Shown piece after piece: positions 12,605-23,435 of a stretch of 64,000 nt of DNA. Source of the stretch: Lingula anatina (taxonomy: Eukaryota; Animalia; Brachiopoda). The first letter of the stretch is position 1, and each line of letters opens with the position of its first letter. The DNA lies in NCBI GenBank assembly GCA_051362555.1, contig CM120644.1, positions 12,918,567-12,982,566 of the forward strand. Reading direction: 5' to 3'. The notes under the pieces were generated by a model that was given only the letters and a program-made list of their open reading frames with translations, was not told where the DNA came from and searched no databases. Made by a program: the position numbers and the translations under genes.

Positions 12605-13243
12605 TGCAGTCGGTAACGGCCAAGAAATAGGTCAACCATTTCCTTTAAGCTTTAAGATTATAGCTGAAGTCTTTTAGAAATGTACTGTCCTTTTGAAAGT
12701 TAAAGATGTACATTGATTTCAACAACATTTAATGATGTTATACAGGATGTCTCCTAAGGAAGACGAATTTGCGTTTTCACATAGAGATCACGTTTAATAT
12801 TTTGGTCAATTTTCAATATAGGTCTGAATGGTGCAAGTGAAGTAAATTTGAAAATGATTTTTCTTTTCTCTGTGCTGGGTATATGATATTTGGAATAAAA
12901 CACCAAAGCCTCCTCTTTGATTCTTGTATCTTTCTACATTTCTAACCATATAGACGGATATTTTGATTTTAAAAAATATATTGATGCTATCAATAAGAAC
13001 GAAAATGACTACATTGATGCCAATGAATTTACATGTGCATGCTAGCTGTATTGCTACCTACAGCAGTTGGGCATCTGATTTTATTTTAGACAACGGTTAC
13101 TGATGCAGTTGGTAATGACAAAGAGTTAATATTGTGCATTAAGTTTTAGCTTTAAGATTGCACGTTCTGATTGCTGCTTTGCTGGTCCTTTTTCGCAGCT
13201 AGGTCCACTTTCCTCGTGCGGTGCTTGAGCATCACATTGGTAA

Positions 13244-13351
13244 CCCAGCAAACACGTCAAGTTCGGATCACGTGGCTAGCCCGTTGCTACCACATTATAA
13301 CGTCATAGCGACGGATTAACCCCGTGGTACCAACGTGACGTGTTTGCTGGG
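13244..13351. mobile_element. 108-bp MITE with CCC...GGG ends (EnSpm/CACTA-like)
   Basis: TIR CCCAGCAAACACGTCA/TGACGTGTTTGCTGGG; 2-bp TSD AA; empty site GGTAAGGAC near 16330. Confidence 0.85.
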
Positions 13352-13427
13352 AAGGCGATCATTTTACTCTGACATACTAAGATGATTCCTTACATAAACG
13401 GATTTCACATTAAACCACTCCGTGTTT

Positions 13428-13610
13428 TATAGAACAGTTTCATTCGCTATGTTATTGTAATAGACTTGTGAAGATTCTTTTGTCTATAGCTACTTACATT
13501 TGTCCGATCTTACCATCCCCGATGAAGTGTGACTGTAAAAGCAGATGAAATATTGGATGGTAAGATCAGACAAATATAAGTAGCTATAGACAAAATGATC
13601 TTCACAATTG
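13428..13610 (+). mobile_element. 183-bp hairpin insertion with hammerhead-like core (Penelope/retrozyme-type)
   Basis: 12-bp TSD CACTCCGTGTTT (13416-13427, 13611-13622); 53-bp inverted arms; loop CCGATGA...GAAATATT; empty site near 16398. Confidence 0.7.
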
Positions 13611-14140
13611 CACTCCGTGTTTGTTTTCTTTATTTTTCAATTTTACCCGAAACACTGCCATTGCAAGATACAGACGTACTCACTGCCACCTGAAAGCAAA
13701 AGTTAAAATTGCTTGCGATTGATATCACACAGTTGGTCTAAGATGGGGTGAAATATTAACATTGTAACTGCATTTGAAAGAAAAACAGATAAATGTATAG
13801 CTGCTTGAAATTCTGTTACGCAAATGGTATAAGAACGGTGTAACATACTTCATGTAGCAAGGGAATATGCCTGACAGCCGTGTAACACTCTTTTTAAGTA
13901 GCCCGTATGAACACGTAGTTTGGTGCTTACATTTAATTACACAATGTTAAGCTTTGACAACTGCTTGTTAAATGGAATTGATAACATTAGGAATAGGGGG
14001 CACGCGTACGTGACAAAGCAAGTTTAGCTGGAATACATTTTATTATAACTGTATCTAAATAAACCGTCGTCCTTCAAACACCACGCATCAGTCAAGGCAC
14101 ACACATCTCACAGAACTGAAGGACAGAAAACTGGTAAGGA

Positions 14141-14290
14141 TGCGAAGCCGACCCTCCCCCCCCCCCCCCCCCTGGCGTGGATTAGAGGGCAAACAGTGCC
14201 ATTTGGTACGGTTTAGAAGTATGAATCAGCTAGTCAAAATTCTGATTTCAAGAGTGGACCAGAAACCCCCCTCCTTTAAATCCGCCACTG
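14141..14290. mobile_element. Truncated MITE ending AATCCGCCACTG in EF5 intron 1
   Basis: Shares internal sequence (AGAGGGC.AAC.GTGCC.TTTGGTACGGTTTAGAA) with the GAL3ST-intron MITE; absent from the other EF copies. Confidence 0.65.
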
Positions 14291-14806
14291 AACATTTGAT
14301 ATCATATCCGATACTATCATGAAAATTACACCCTTCGTCTCCGCGCTTAGCACTCAGCACATACAGGATGAAGCTGAAGTTAAGGTTTGTCATAGTAGTG
14401 CATGTTATTGTAAATGATTTATACTCCGAGTGCCACATGTACAACAGCTTACTTTTTATTTTCCCCAATGAGATAAGAAGGATTCAGGACTGAAAAGATC
14501 CATAAAGACCAGGCATTAATGTTAAATACAAATTAGGACTTCTCCGGTTTAAATTATACAACTCCAGTAATATGAGCTTTTTAAAGCTTATTAAAATACG
14601 TATATTCTTCTTCTCATCATTATTATTATAACCTATAAACGTGTTTAAAAATGTGGTAGAAATATCTAGGTGTAAATTGCATAAAGAAATCCTGATCATT
14701 TATTAAAAAAGGGAACGTAATCTGTTTATATGTTAGACTGGTTGTTTACTTTTTAACTCTGTTGATTTCCTCTTTTAGAAATCTTTGCAATTTAGACTTT
14801 GAAATA

Positions 14807-15945
14807 ATGGCATCCATTATGCTGATAAGTCTGTTCCTACTGGTTGCTGTTCAAGTTGTTGATTCTTTAAGTATTATGAAGGTAGGTCCAGAAAATCGTT
14901 TCTTTTATCGTTCGTTTATTGAAACAAGTTAAGACAGTATTGATAGAGAAGCAGCATGGTTCTTAAAGTGTAGGGAGTTGTGGTGGGATTTTCTGCTTTT
15001 TCAAAATGTGATTCACTTCTTGAATAAGAGAAGTTTTATTCTTGGATGGTTACTTAACGTGTATTTAAACCAAACAAGAACATTTTCTTAAACAAATGTT
15101 TATTCGGCAAAATCACTTACTTTTTCAGAAAAGTAATACACCTGATCAAAACAATTACAGCATCTCATATGTTCATTTTAAACCGAATCCAAAGCATTTT
15201 TCAAATATTTCTTGATACATGCAAGAAAATGTCATATCTAAAACAAATTATACACCCACAAAGATATGATATATAAATAATAGCCAGGGTCTTTTTGAAA
15301 ACAAATTTTTATCCTTTTAAAAGAGCGTTTCAACGTTCAGAGAAATTACTTCCTAATGTGCAGGACGGAGAAGGCTGAGTCATGAAAGATTATTTCTTTA
15401 TATTTTAGGACACAAAAGGAAAGTTTAGTTCCTACCGTATCACCAAGTTAAAGGACTTTTTTGATGTTTTCGACGTTGATGAAGATGGTGTTCTTACAGA
15501 ACATGAATATGTGGTTTTAACAACAGAACGAGCGCAAAATGTTCTGCTGTCTTGGAGAGCCATGGCAGTGAATGGTATATTTTCCAATGCCTTTCGGGTC
15601 TGGTGGTCAAACAAATACTCCAATTATAAAACAGCCTTTACATTTAAAGATATGATTCGGGTTCACGAGATAGACTTGCCTATTTCAACGGAGGAGCTCG
15701 CCGAAGGCTCATGGGATTTGTTTGGCACGTTTGATATTGACTGCGATGGCAAGTTGGCGATAGATGAGTATTCCAAATTCCTGTTTGTTTTTCGCAACAC
15801 AGCTGAGATTCAACCAATTTTTGATGCAATTGATCAGAACGCAAATGGCGTCCTTGATGCAGAAGAATTTGTAAGCGCATACGACCTCCATTGGTATCGA
15901 CAAGAGTTCAGCACCACTGATGTAATTATCGGCAAGCGGTACTGA
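14807..15945 (+). CDS. Secreted SCP-like EF-hand calcium-binding protein, copy EF5 (intact, 203 aa)
   Basis: UTR exon ~14090-14133; signal-peptide exon 14807-14881 (MASIMLISLFLLVAVQVVDSLSIMK); exon 15409-15945 in frame. Confidence 0.88.
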
Positions 15946-17653
15946 TGCAGTTAGGAATGGCCAAGATATAGGTCTACCATTTCCTTTGGGCTTTTATGAT
16001 ACTTGGAATAAAACGCCAAAGCCTCCTCTTTGATTCCTTTATCTTTCTACATTTTTAACCATTTAGACGGATATTTTGATTTTAATAATACATTGATACT
16101 ATTGATCAGAACGAATATGACTATTTACATGTGCATGCGAGCTGTATTGGTATCTACAGCAGTTCGGCTTCTGATTCTATTTTAGCCAACGGTTACTAAT
16201 GAAGTTGGTAATGACAAAGAGGTTATCTGTCCATTAAGTTTTAGGTTTATGATAGCTTCTTCGTTCAATAGCTTCTTTGATGTTGCTTTTTCGCAGCTAG
16301 GTCCACTTTCCGTGCTTGAGCATCACATTGGTAAGGACAACATTTTACCCCGGCATACTACGATGATTCCGTACATAAACGGATTTGACATGCAAACCAC
16401 TCCGTGTTTGTTTTCTTTATTTTTCAATTTTACCCGAAACACTGACATTGTAAAGATACAGATGTACTCACTGACATAAAGAAAGCAGAAGTTAAAATTG
16501 CTTGTGATTGGTTTCACACAAAAAAGGGTAAGTGGATTTTTAAATCTAAAATTTAATACAAATGAATATTTTATATGAATATTAAATGAATAAATAGATT
16601 ACGCAAAAGATGCTGGAAGGAAAAATGTAAACTGATTGATTAGTACAGAGAGAATTGACTAAAAGAGACCCATATATTTGGAAGAAAAGAATGGAACGGC
16701 AAATGAACGATCTCTAACTCGCCATCACTATGACAGTACATGATATTGAGACAAAACAGTTATTACCACAACCTGATTGTAAACCAAGTACAGATATTTA
16801 TGGTACGATTATAAACTGTCTGGGAAGTTATTATCTTGAGGTAAGCAAACCCCCTTGACACTGGAAGGCGTCCTTTCAGCGTTCCGTAGAACGGTCCCGT
16901 TTGAGAGTAAGAAATTACTCTTCGTGCCGACAACTGACCGATCACCGAGCATTCATTCTGCAGCCAAAGCGATGCTTGTGCGTCCTTTCTACGACCCCAG
17001 CGATGCCAGTTTCATGGTCGCACAAAGGACGCAAAATGGACGTACGCCGTCCAATGTAAAGGAGCTTGAACACCACAGCGATGACGTGCTTGTCAGCAGT
17101 ATCGTGTTCTTTTCTTACTCTCTACCAGGGCCACAGATTGATTTTTCACAAGATATTCACAGCCCTCTACCAACGTGGCAGATTAAATAGGGAAAAACGT
17201 GTGACTTTTGGCCAGATGGAAGCAATTAAATCTGCACGTGCTCAGATGGCATTGTACCCCCTCTGCAGGAGCTGAGTTTTACGCCGATGTGATAACTGCT
17301 CGTTATGCAACCTGTCAAAGACTCTGCTGTCTGCTGAAACTAGTCACGTGGTTGGAAGGGGTACCCCAAAATTGTGCACAAACCGTATCCCACAATTCCG
17401 TTCTGCAGTTTAGTCATATTTCATTTGATATCTACACTTTCAGATGACAAGCACTGATGACAAGTCTTAACCGAAATCAAGAGAAAAAATGCATTGAATA
17501 TGGTGCATTTCACAGCTTTGGTCAGCGCTCATCACTGCAAGTCCACATACCGTGAAAGATAAAGTAATTCATGAAAATACATTTGCACATTATTCATCTG
17601 CACATTCATCTGCACATTTATCATCTATCAGTTGCTCTGAAATTGCTGAAGAC

Positions 17654-18665
17654 TTAGCAATGTGAATATAAGCCCGATAATAGTTTTTTAAAATCATTTT
17701 TGCAACCTTCTAAACGTGAACGCTTACATTTGCCGAGTGCCGAGATTGCTTGACGGAAAAGCAACACCTCCCGATTGAAGTCCGACCCTTGCAACATAAC
17801 AGTGTTTTGTAGCTTTAACAGGAAGTTGTTATATAACTGATAGTCAGCTTTGCTCCATAGCCTATGTTTCTTCACAGTAATTTCGTCTTTCACATTTTTG
17901 TATTCATATTCCCGTTTGTTAGTAACAACATAAAAGATGTCGTCCATTCCCCAGCACAGCAAGCGGCGTAGTAGCACCAAACTTTCATCAAACATTTCCA
18001 AGACGATTACAAAATCGAACTTCTTGTCCAAGAAATCAATGTACTCGGCAATGAATCTGTCGTTGTTCCTGAGATCATTTCTATCGTCTGGGAACCCAAA
18101 CTCATACATCATGGCGTTTCTCAAGAAGCCTACATGGGTTGTGACATAGTCGTCGGTCCAATACTTGTATGGATTTTCCATAAATTCCAAGACCGGGTTC
18201 GTGGATTTTTTTAATTTGAATTTACTTGAAATACGATAATAATTGAACGCACTTTGAAACTGAGAAAATGGTTCGCGAACTATACCGATATAAAATGTAT
18301 CATTTGGCATCATGGTTTCTATTACTTTTGAGTCAAAAAACATGTGATTGAAAATTATATCATAGGTTACATTCGGGTTATAGTTGGCGTCTTTTATGGT
18401 TATTTTCCTACGGTTCATATTGAACATAGATTTCCATGGGTAAAAAAATATGTTCTTCTTCGGAGAGAGACGTTTTAACTTATATTTAAGAGAAGCCTGT
18501 TCTAAAATTTTCTTCATTGTTCCTGAGCCGCCTTTGTGCACTTTTAGAAACATAATATGTCGGGTTGGCTGGCATTGGTCCTTTGGTAGGCATTTTATGG
18601 GAGGTACGTTGTAGGCAGACTGCAACAGTGAATCTTGAATGTTCCTATTTATCCCTGAAAGCAAA

Positions 18666-18699
<34 letters not shown>

Positions 18700-20866
18700 T
18701 AAAATAAATAAATAAATAAATAAAATAAACAAATAGATAGTTGAAAAAATAAAAAAATGTATATCACTTATATATCACAGTTTTATTTATGCTTCGACTA
18801 TACACACGAACGGATCCAGGATTATTGGAGGGGGGGGGGAGAGGAGGAGAGTCGGCTTTGCATCCGCGGGTGGGGGGGGGGGGGGGGGGGCAAAGCCGAC
18901 TCTCCTCCTCCCCCCCCCCCCCCCCCATTGGAGTGGGGTTCGAGACCCACTGAAGGGTCCTGAATTTTTTTGGCATTTTAGAGGGCGAACGGTGCCGTTT
19001 GGTACGGTTTAGAACTATTATTCAGCTAGTTAAACTTCAAATTTCAAGAGGGACCAGATATATAAGGGAGAGAGGGTGTCAGGTCCCCCCTGAAACCCGC
19101 TCTAAATCCGCCGCTACAGTTTGAAAAGGACACAAGCTAGGTACAGGTGATCTTATATTGAAAACATAAAAATCAACATACAATTAATAAAATTTTGGCT
19201 CAAAATATTACGCACGGACCAAAACAACCTACTCAAACAAGCATACCTAGAGGAATTACATTATTACAATTTACACTCAACAAAAAGCCTGTCAAATCTG
19301 AATGATGATAACCCGTTATTGAGTGAAGGTATTATGAAACTCTTGTTTGAAAACGGATTTGGAGATGTACGGCTAAAACAGAATCCTGACATAAATTTTC
19401 TAAGTATATTCAGTGAAGGCATCATCAGTGGGTACATACAAAACTGGCACAGTGAGCTTAAGGACAAACCCAAATCCAGAGTATATTGCCAATTCAAAAA
19501 CACATTTAAAAAAGAAAAATATCTAGACCTTCATGATACTGATAAAAGAAAAAACCTAAGCCGTTTTCGCACCAGTGGGCATAAACTCCAGATACAATAA
19601 CACTCCTCGGACTGACAGAATACGCCATTACTGTTCTAAAGACAAAATTGAAGATGAAAAACACTTTCTCACAACATGCCCCCTATACAACGACCTGCGA
19701 ACAATTTTATATAAGGTATTTACAAAACACTTTTGCTAGGAGGGATCTACAAGATAGTGCTGCACTCATCGGCAATTGAGTAATAGTAGTTATAGAAACT
19801 TTTTTAATAGCATATTCACAAAAATTGTATTCATATTGTCATTTTCATCCACACAAGTGGATGCATATGTTACAGTGAAATAAACTCTAAACTCTATATT
19901 CTCTAGCAAATCATCTGAGATATTTTTTGCTTCGTATCTTCATTTTCTGCTCCTTCATTCGTTTTTGGGTTGTTTATATTTCTGTTCGGGATTAAACGGT
20001 TTGTGTTGCCATATACCCAAAGGGTAACTAACTGAAGTTCGGACCCGTATTGCTTAAAAAAACAAAGTGTGACTATTTTTTTATTCAGTACACAGAAACA
20101 TTCTTCTCTGTTAATGTAATATTAATTCACATTTCAAGCTGGCTGCAAACGACATATTCTCATCCAGAATGGAGTCTCGATTTGACATTCAACAGGCGTA
20201 AATTACGCCATCGGATTGGTGCAAAAAACGAGGTAGCCTATAAATATCACACGGCCCATGTCTTTCGCTTGAAACTGACAGGTAACTATGTATACTCCAA
20301 AGGTACACAACATGAATACCAGAATCCATTTAATCAATCAAACTACAGAATTTTTGCTCTTTGAATGATATTTTTGTCATCATTAAAGACAAAACATCAA
20401 TGTTTTTTTACGCTTGTGACATATGATGCAGTCAGCGACTAAATAATACAGCGCACGACACATTGATAAACTGCACTGCTACATAAGTAAGATCACGTGG
20501 AGTTTTAACACAAAAAGGAAACGAAATTAACGATTTTCGAACGCTACAAAATATATTTGTCTTCAGACAGCTTTGACATTCACTTTGACATTCACTAGTG
20601 TTATCAATGGAATATCAAACGTGATTAGATTCAATCACGTTTGATATGATAACAGTCAAAATAAGACTGGCACTTTAATTTAAAAATAAATTATGCACGA
20701 GCCGACAAAATTGAATCGCCTTACCTTCAAAGTCACTTTGAAATGGAGGTGGTGACAATCGATTAGGAGGCAATGTATGAATTCCCATAAGACGTGGAAA
20801 CAAATATACAGCAGAGCATAGGAAATAAAACATTACCACAGCGAGTAAAAATATCCGCACTGACAT
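17654..20866 (-). CDS. Galactose-3-O-sulfotransferase (GAL3ST)-family Golgi sulfotransferase, copy A (intact, ~380 aa)
   Basis: Exon 1 20866-20725 (gccATG; MSVRIFLLAVVMFYFLCSAVYLF signal-anchor plus Pro-rich stem; phase-1 GTAAG). Exon 2 18654-17654 after TTTCAG. 5'-PSB FLKVHKGGSGT, 3'-PB REPFSQFQSAFNYY, family motif FDESLVLLRRLLCW. Confidence 0.9.
18805..19115. mobile_element. Old MITE (CAGNGGCGGAT-type TIR) in GAL3ST intron; co-duplicated at ~24647-24899, 38040-38296, 46073-46386, 60045-60215
   Basis: Degraded TIRs (CACGAACGGATCC ... AATCCGCCGCT); flanked by TATACA on both sides in copies B, C and D. Confidence 0.6.
19160..19894 (+). mobile_element. 5'-truncated LINE 3' end in intron of copy A
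   Basis: ORF2 C-terminal motifs LSRFRTSGHKL...EDEKHFLTTCPLY; AATAAA followed by a short (AAACTCT) tail; TATATT TSD; absent from introns of B and C. Confidence 0.8.
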
Positions 20867-20938
20867 GGCCAAGATCAACTGATGCAGTACAAGTACATTA
20901 CAACACACAATCAGCAGCCTTCACCTTCTGATCCAGCC

Positions 20939-20944
20939 TTTATA
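20939..20944 (-). promoter_or_regulatory. Putative TATA box of GAL3ST copy A (also present in C, D, F)
   Basis: TATAAA on the minus strand ~75 nt upstream of the ATG, in conserved context GGTTTATAAAGGCTGG. Confidence 0.5.
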
Positions 20945-21849
20945 AACCTGTTAAAATTCTGTTTTTGTTTTATGTTAGTGCTCTCGTTTTATGATAGCTG
21001 CTTCATGTAGTCTTTACGAATGCCGTGCTGTGCTGTGCCACTTTTTCAACATGGGTATTCAATTATGCATCAATCTCAATGCGTTTTTTTTTTTTCTTTA
21101 TTTCGCATGATAAATTGACAGCGCTCCCCATACGAAAAAGCAGTAGATATATACTGCAATCACTGCAACTATGCCTCAAATCTGCTCCGATTTAAGCTGC
21201 GGACGAGGGGTATACTCTCCAGTAGTAGCATTCTACTGTGACCATATCTCAAAAAAGAACAGCAGAAATGAGGCGCTAAGTCGCTGCACGGTTCAAATTC
21301 CCTGAGTATTGACAGCATAAAACCAAACATGTCGTCTCTGCCACTAGTCTTCTTTGGCCACTTCGTGGTGACTTATGGGCATCACCAGTAAGCCCTATCT
21401 TTTTAATAATCATCTTTCTAATAACGACTCTCTTCTTATTTCTGCTTTTTTCAAATAATTCGCAATTTTTCTTAAAACTGTAATATTTATTTTTATTTCA
21501 CCAATATGATTAATATTTCCTGTGAACCCAATTCCCAATTACAAATATCCGAGAAGAAATTATCTCTTAGGTCGCTATATAGAGGACATTCTAACAAGAA
21601 GTGCCTTTCGCACTCGAGTACCTCCCAATTACATTACTGACACATTTTCTTATCCCGAAACTTACCCTTAACTGTGTCTACCTTTTTCTATTTCAAGTTG
21701 ATGATTTGAACATCTAAATCGTGCTAAAACTGATATACAACTAGCTTTATCAAATACTGCAACGTATGACTCAATAATGAGGTCATGCTTATATAAGTTA
21801 TACAACATTGGTCAAAAAGTTTGTCCCACCCCCATTTCCATGTACTTTA

Positions 21850-22900
21850 CTTGTATTGCCGAGCAATCTTAATTGTTTTCTACCATATTATGCTGCCCCA
21901 CGTAACACGCTTTAATAAACCTATTTTCAGGTGTTTTCTTAAGCTCGGTCCAGTACTTAATAAATTTCACCAAGTGCACAACCCTTACAGTGTTTCTTAC
22001 AAGTTTATCCCTTGCCGCTACGTCAGACACATTTTTCGCAATTGCAATCAAAATTTGCGGAATTTAGTCTGTACAATTTTCCCATGTTGCCCAGGATGGA
22101 AGGCCGATGCTTCTGCCCCATAGTTAAAATAGGAACTATCCTTGTATGAAAAACTTTAAGCCAGCAATTTTTCCAAATTTACTCACATGAATTTTTCAGG
22201 ACAAATAATGTCTTGAATACTTGTTCAGCTAATTTCTTTTGTTCCTCATTTCAACCTCCTATGGTTGTAGATGACATACCCAGACCTGTAATTGTAATTG
22301 ATCTGTTTGCACCCCTGATGAGGCTGCTAGGGGGTAATTATCGTTTAGCAGCTTCAGTAGTGCCATGCATCTAAACCGCTTAAGCTAAAAGCAATTAAGC
22401 GAAAAACTCATCGGAGATGGATCGATCCTGTTATATCCATCTAGGTGTGAAAACCCAGCCTTAAGCATACTTCATTGTTTGGACTGCCAGTCAAATTTTT
22501 CATGGTCTGTTTGCTGCTCAGGTGGAATTGTGTGTGGATAGATTAATTTATGAATAGTTGGTTACGACAAATTCGCAGCGAATTTGCAGCAAATATTGCT
22601 GCAAACTTTACATTTTGCTGAGGGGATGCACAAGTATAATAAAAACCATGTTTTTGAATCGACAGCCTCGGAAAATAGATTAAATTTAGAATAAGGCTTA
22701 TTGTGCACAGTTATCTATTGAATGAGGGAAATGAAAAGGAAATTCATCACAATCTGCAAGAGTAATCGTCTGCCACATTGAATCAAATATCTCCTTTTTT
22801 AAACAATTGTTCACTTGTGGTCGTATTTTTTGCAAATACAAGCATATTAATGAATGAGGGAAATATTGTTATTTTCGAATGAGAGAGAGAGAAGGCCCTC
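21850..22900 (-). mobile_element. Degraded LINE ORF2 fragment, co-duplicated at ~35290-36230, 54505-55660, 58155-58575, 62147-62570
   Basis: Reads VKFIKYWTELKKTPENRFIKACY, resembling the post-RT region of non-LTR elements; many stops; boundaries approximate. Confidence 0.55.
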
Positions 22901-23023
22901 TTCTGATGTTGAAGAAATATTTCTTATATTCTGTTCATTGGTATTAATTTCGTATTCAGTCGTATTTCATCATACCTTTTGCAAGTACAAGCAATACCAT
23001 GGATGAAAGAAATACTGTAATGT

Positions 23024-23025
<2 letters not shown>

Positions 23026-23065
<40 letters not shown>
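23026..23065. repeat. (GA)n microsatellite (paralogous tracts near 36240, 36410, 55670, 55860)
   Basis: Direct inspection. Confidence 0.9.
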
Positions 23066-23068
<3 letters not shown>

Positions 23069-23435
23069 GTGTGGAAAGTCCCTGTTTTAATGTTGAAGAA
23101 ATACAATGCATTTCATATATTCAACTATACCAGTCGTATTCCATTTGATACTTACATCGCCAGATGGCAAGCACTAATGACAAGCCTTAAATAATTAAAA
23201 TAATGAGAAAAAAGGCACTGAACGGTGAATTTCACAGCTTTGGCCAGCGCCCATCACTGCAAGTCCACATACCGTGAGTGATAAAATAATTCATGAAATT
23301 AATTTGCACAGCTTTAATTATTCATCTGCTAGGCTAGTTGTACTCCTGTCTTTTAAACTAAGGTTGTCACCTCTTTTCCATTATTTAAAACTATGATTTC
23401 CACCATCACTCAGTTGCTCTGGAATTGCTGAAGAC

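Noticed and set aside
22312-22336. CCCCTGATGAGGCTGCTAGGGGG as another hammerhead
   Set aside because: No correctly placed GAAA or helix III; it lies inside a degraded LINE fragment.
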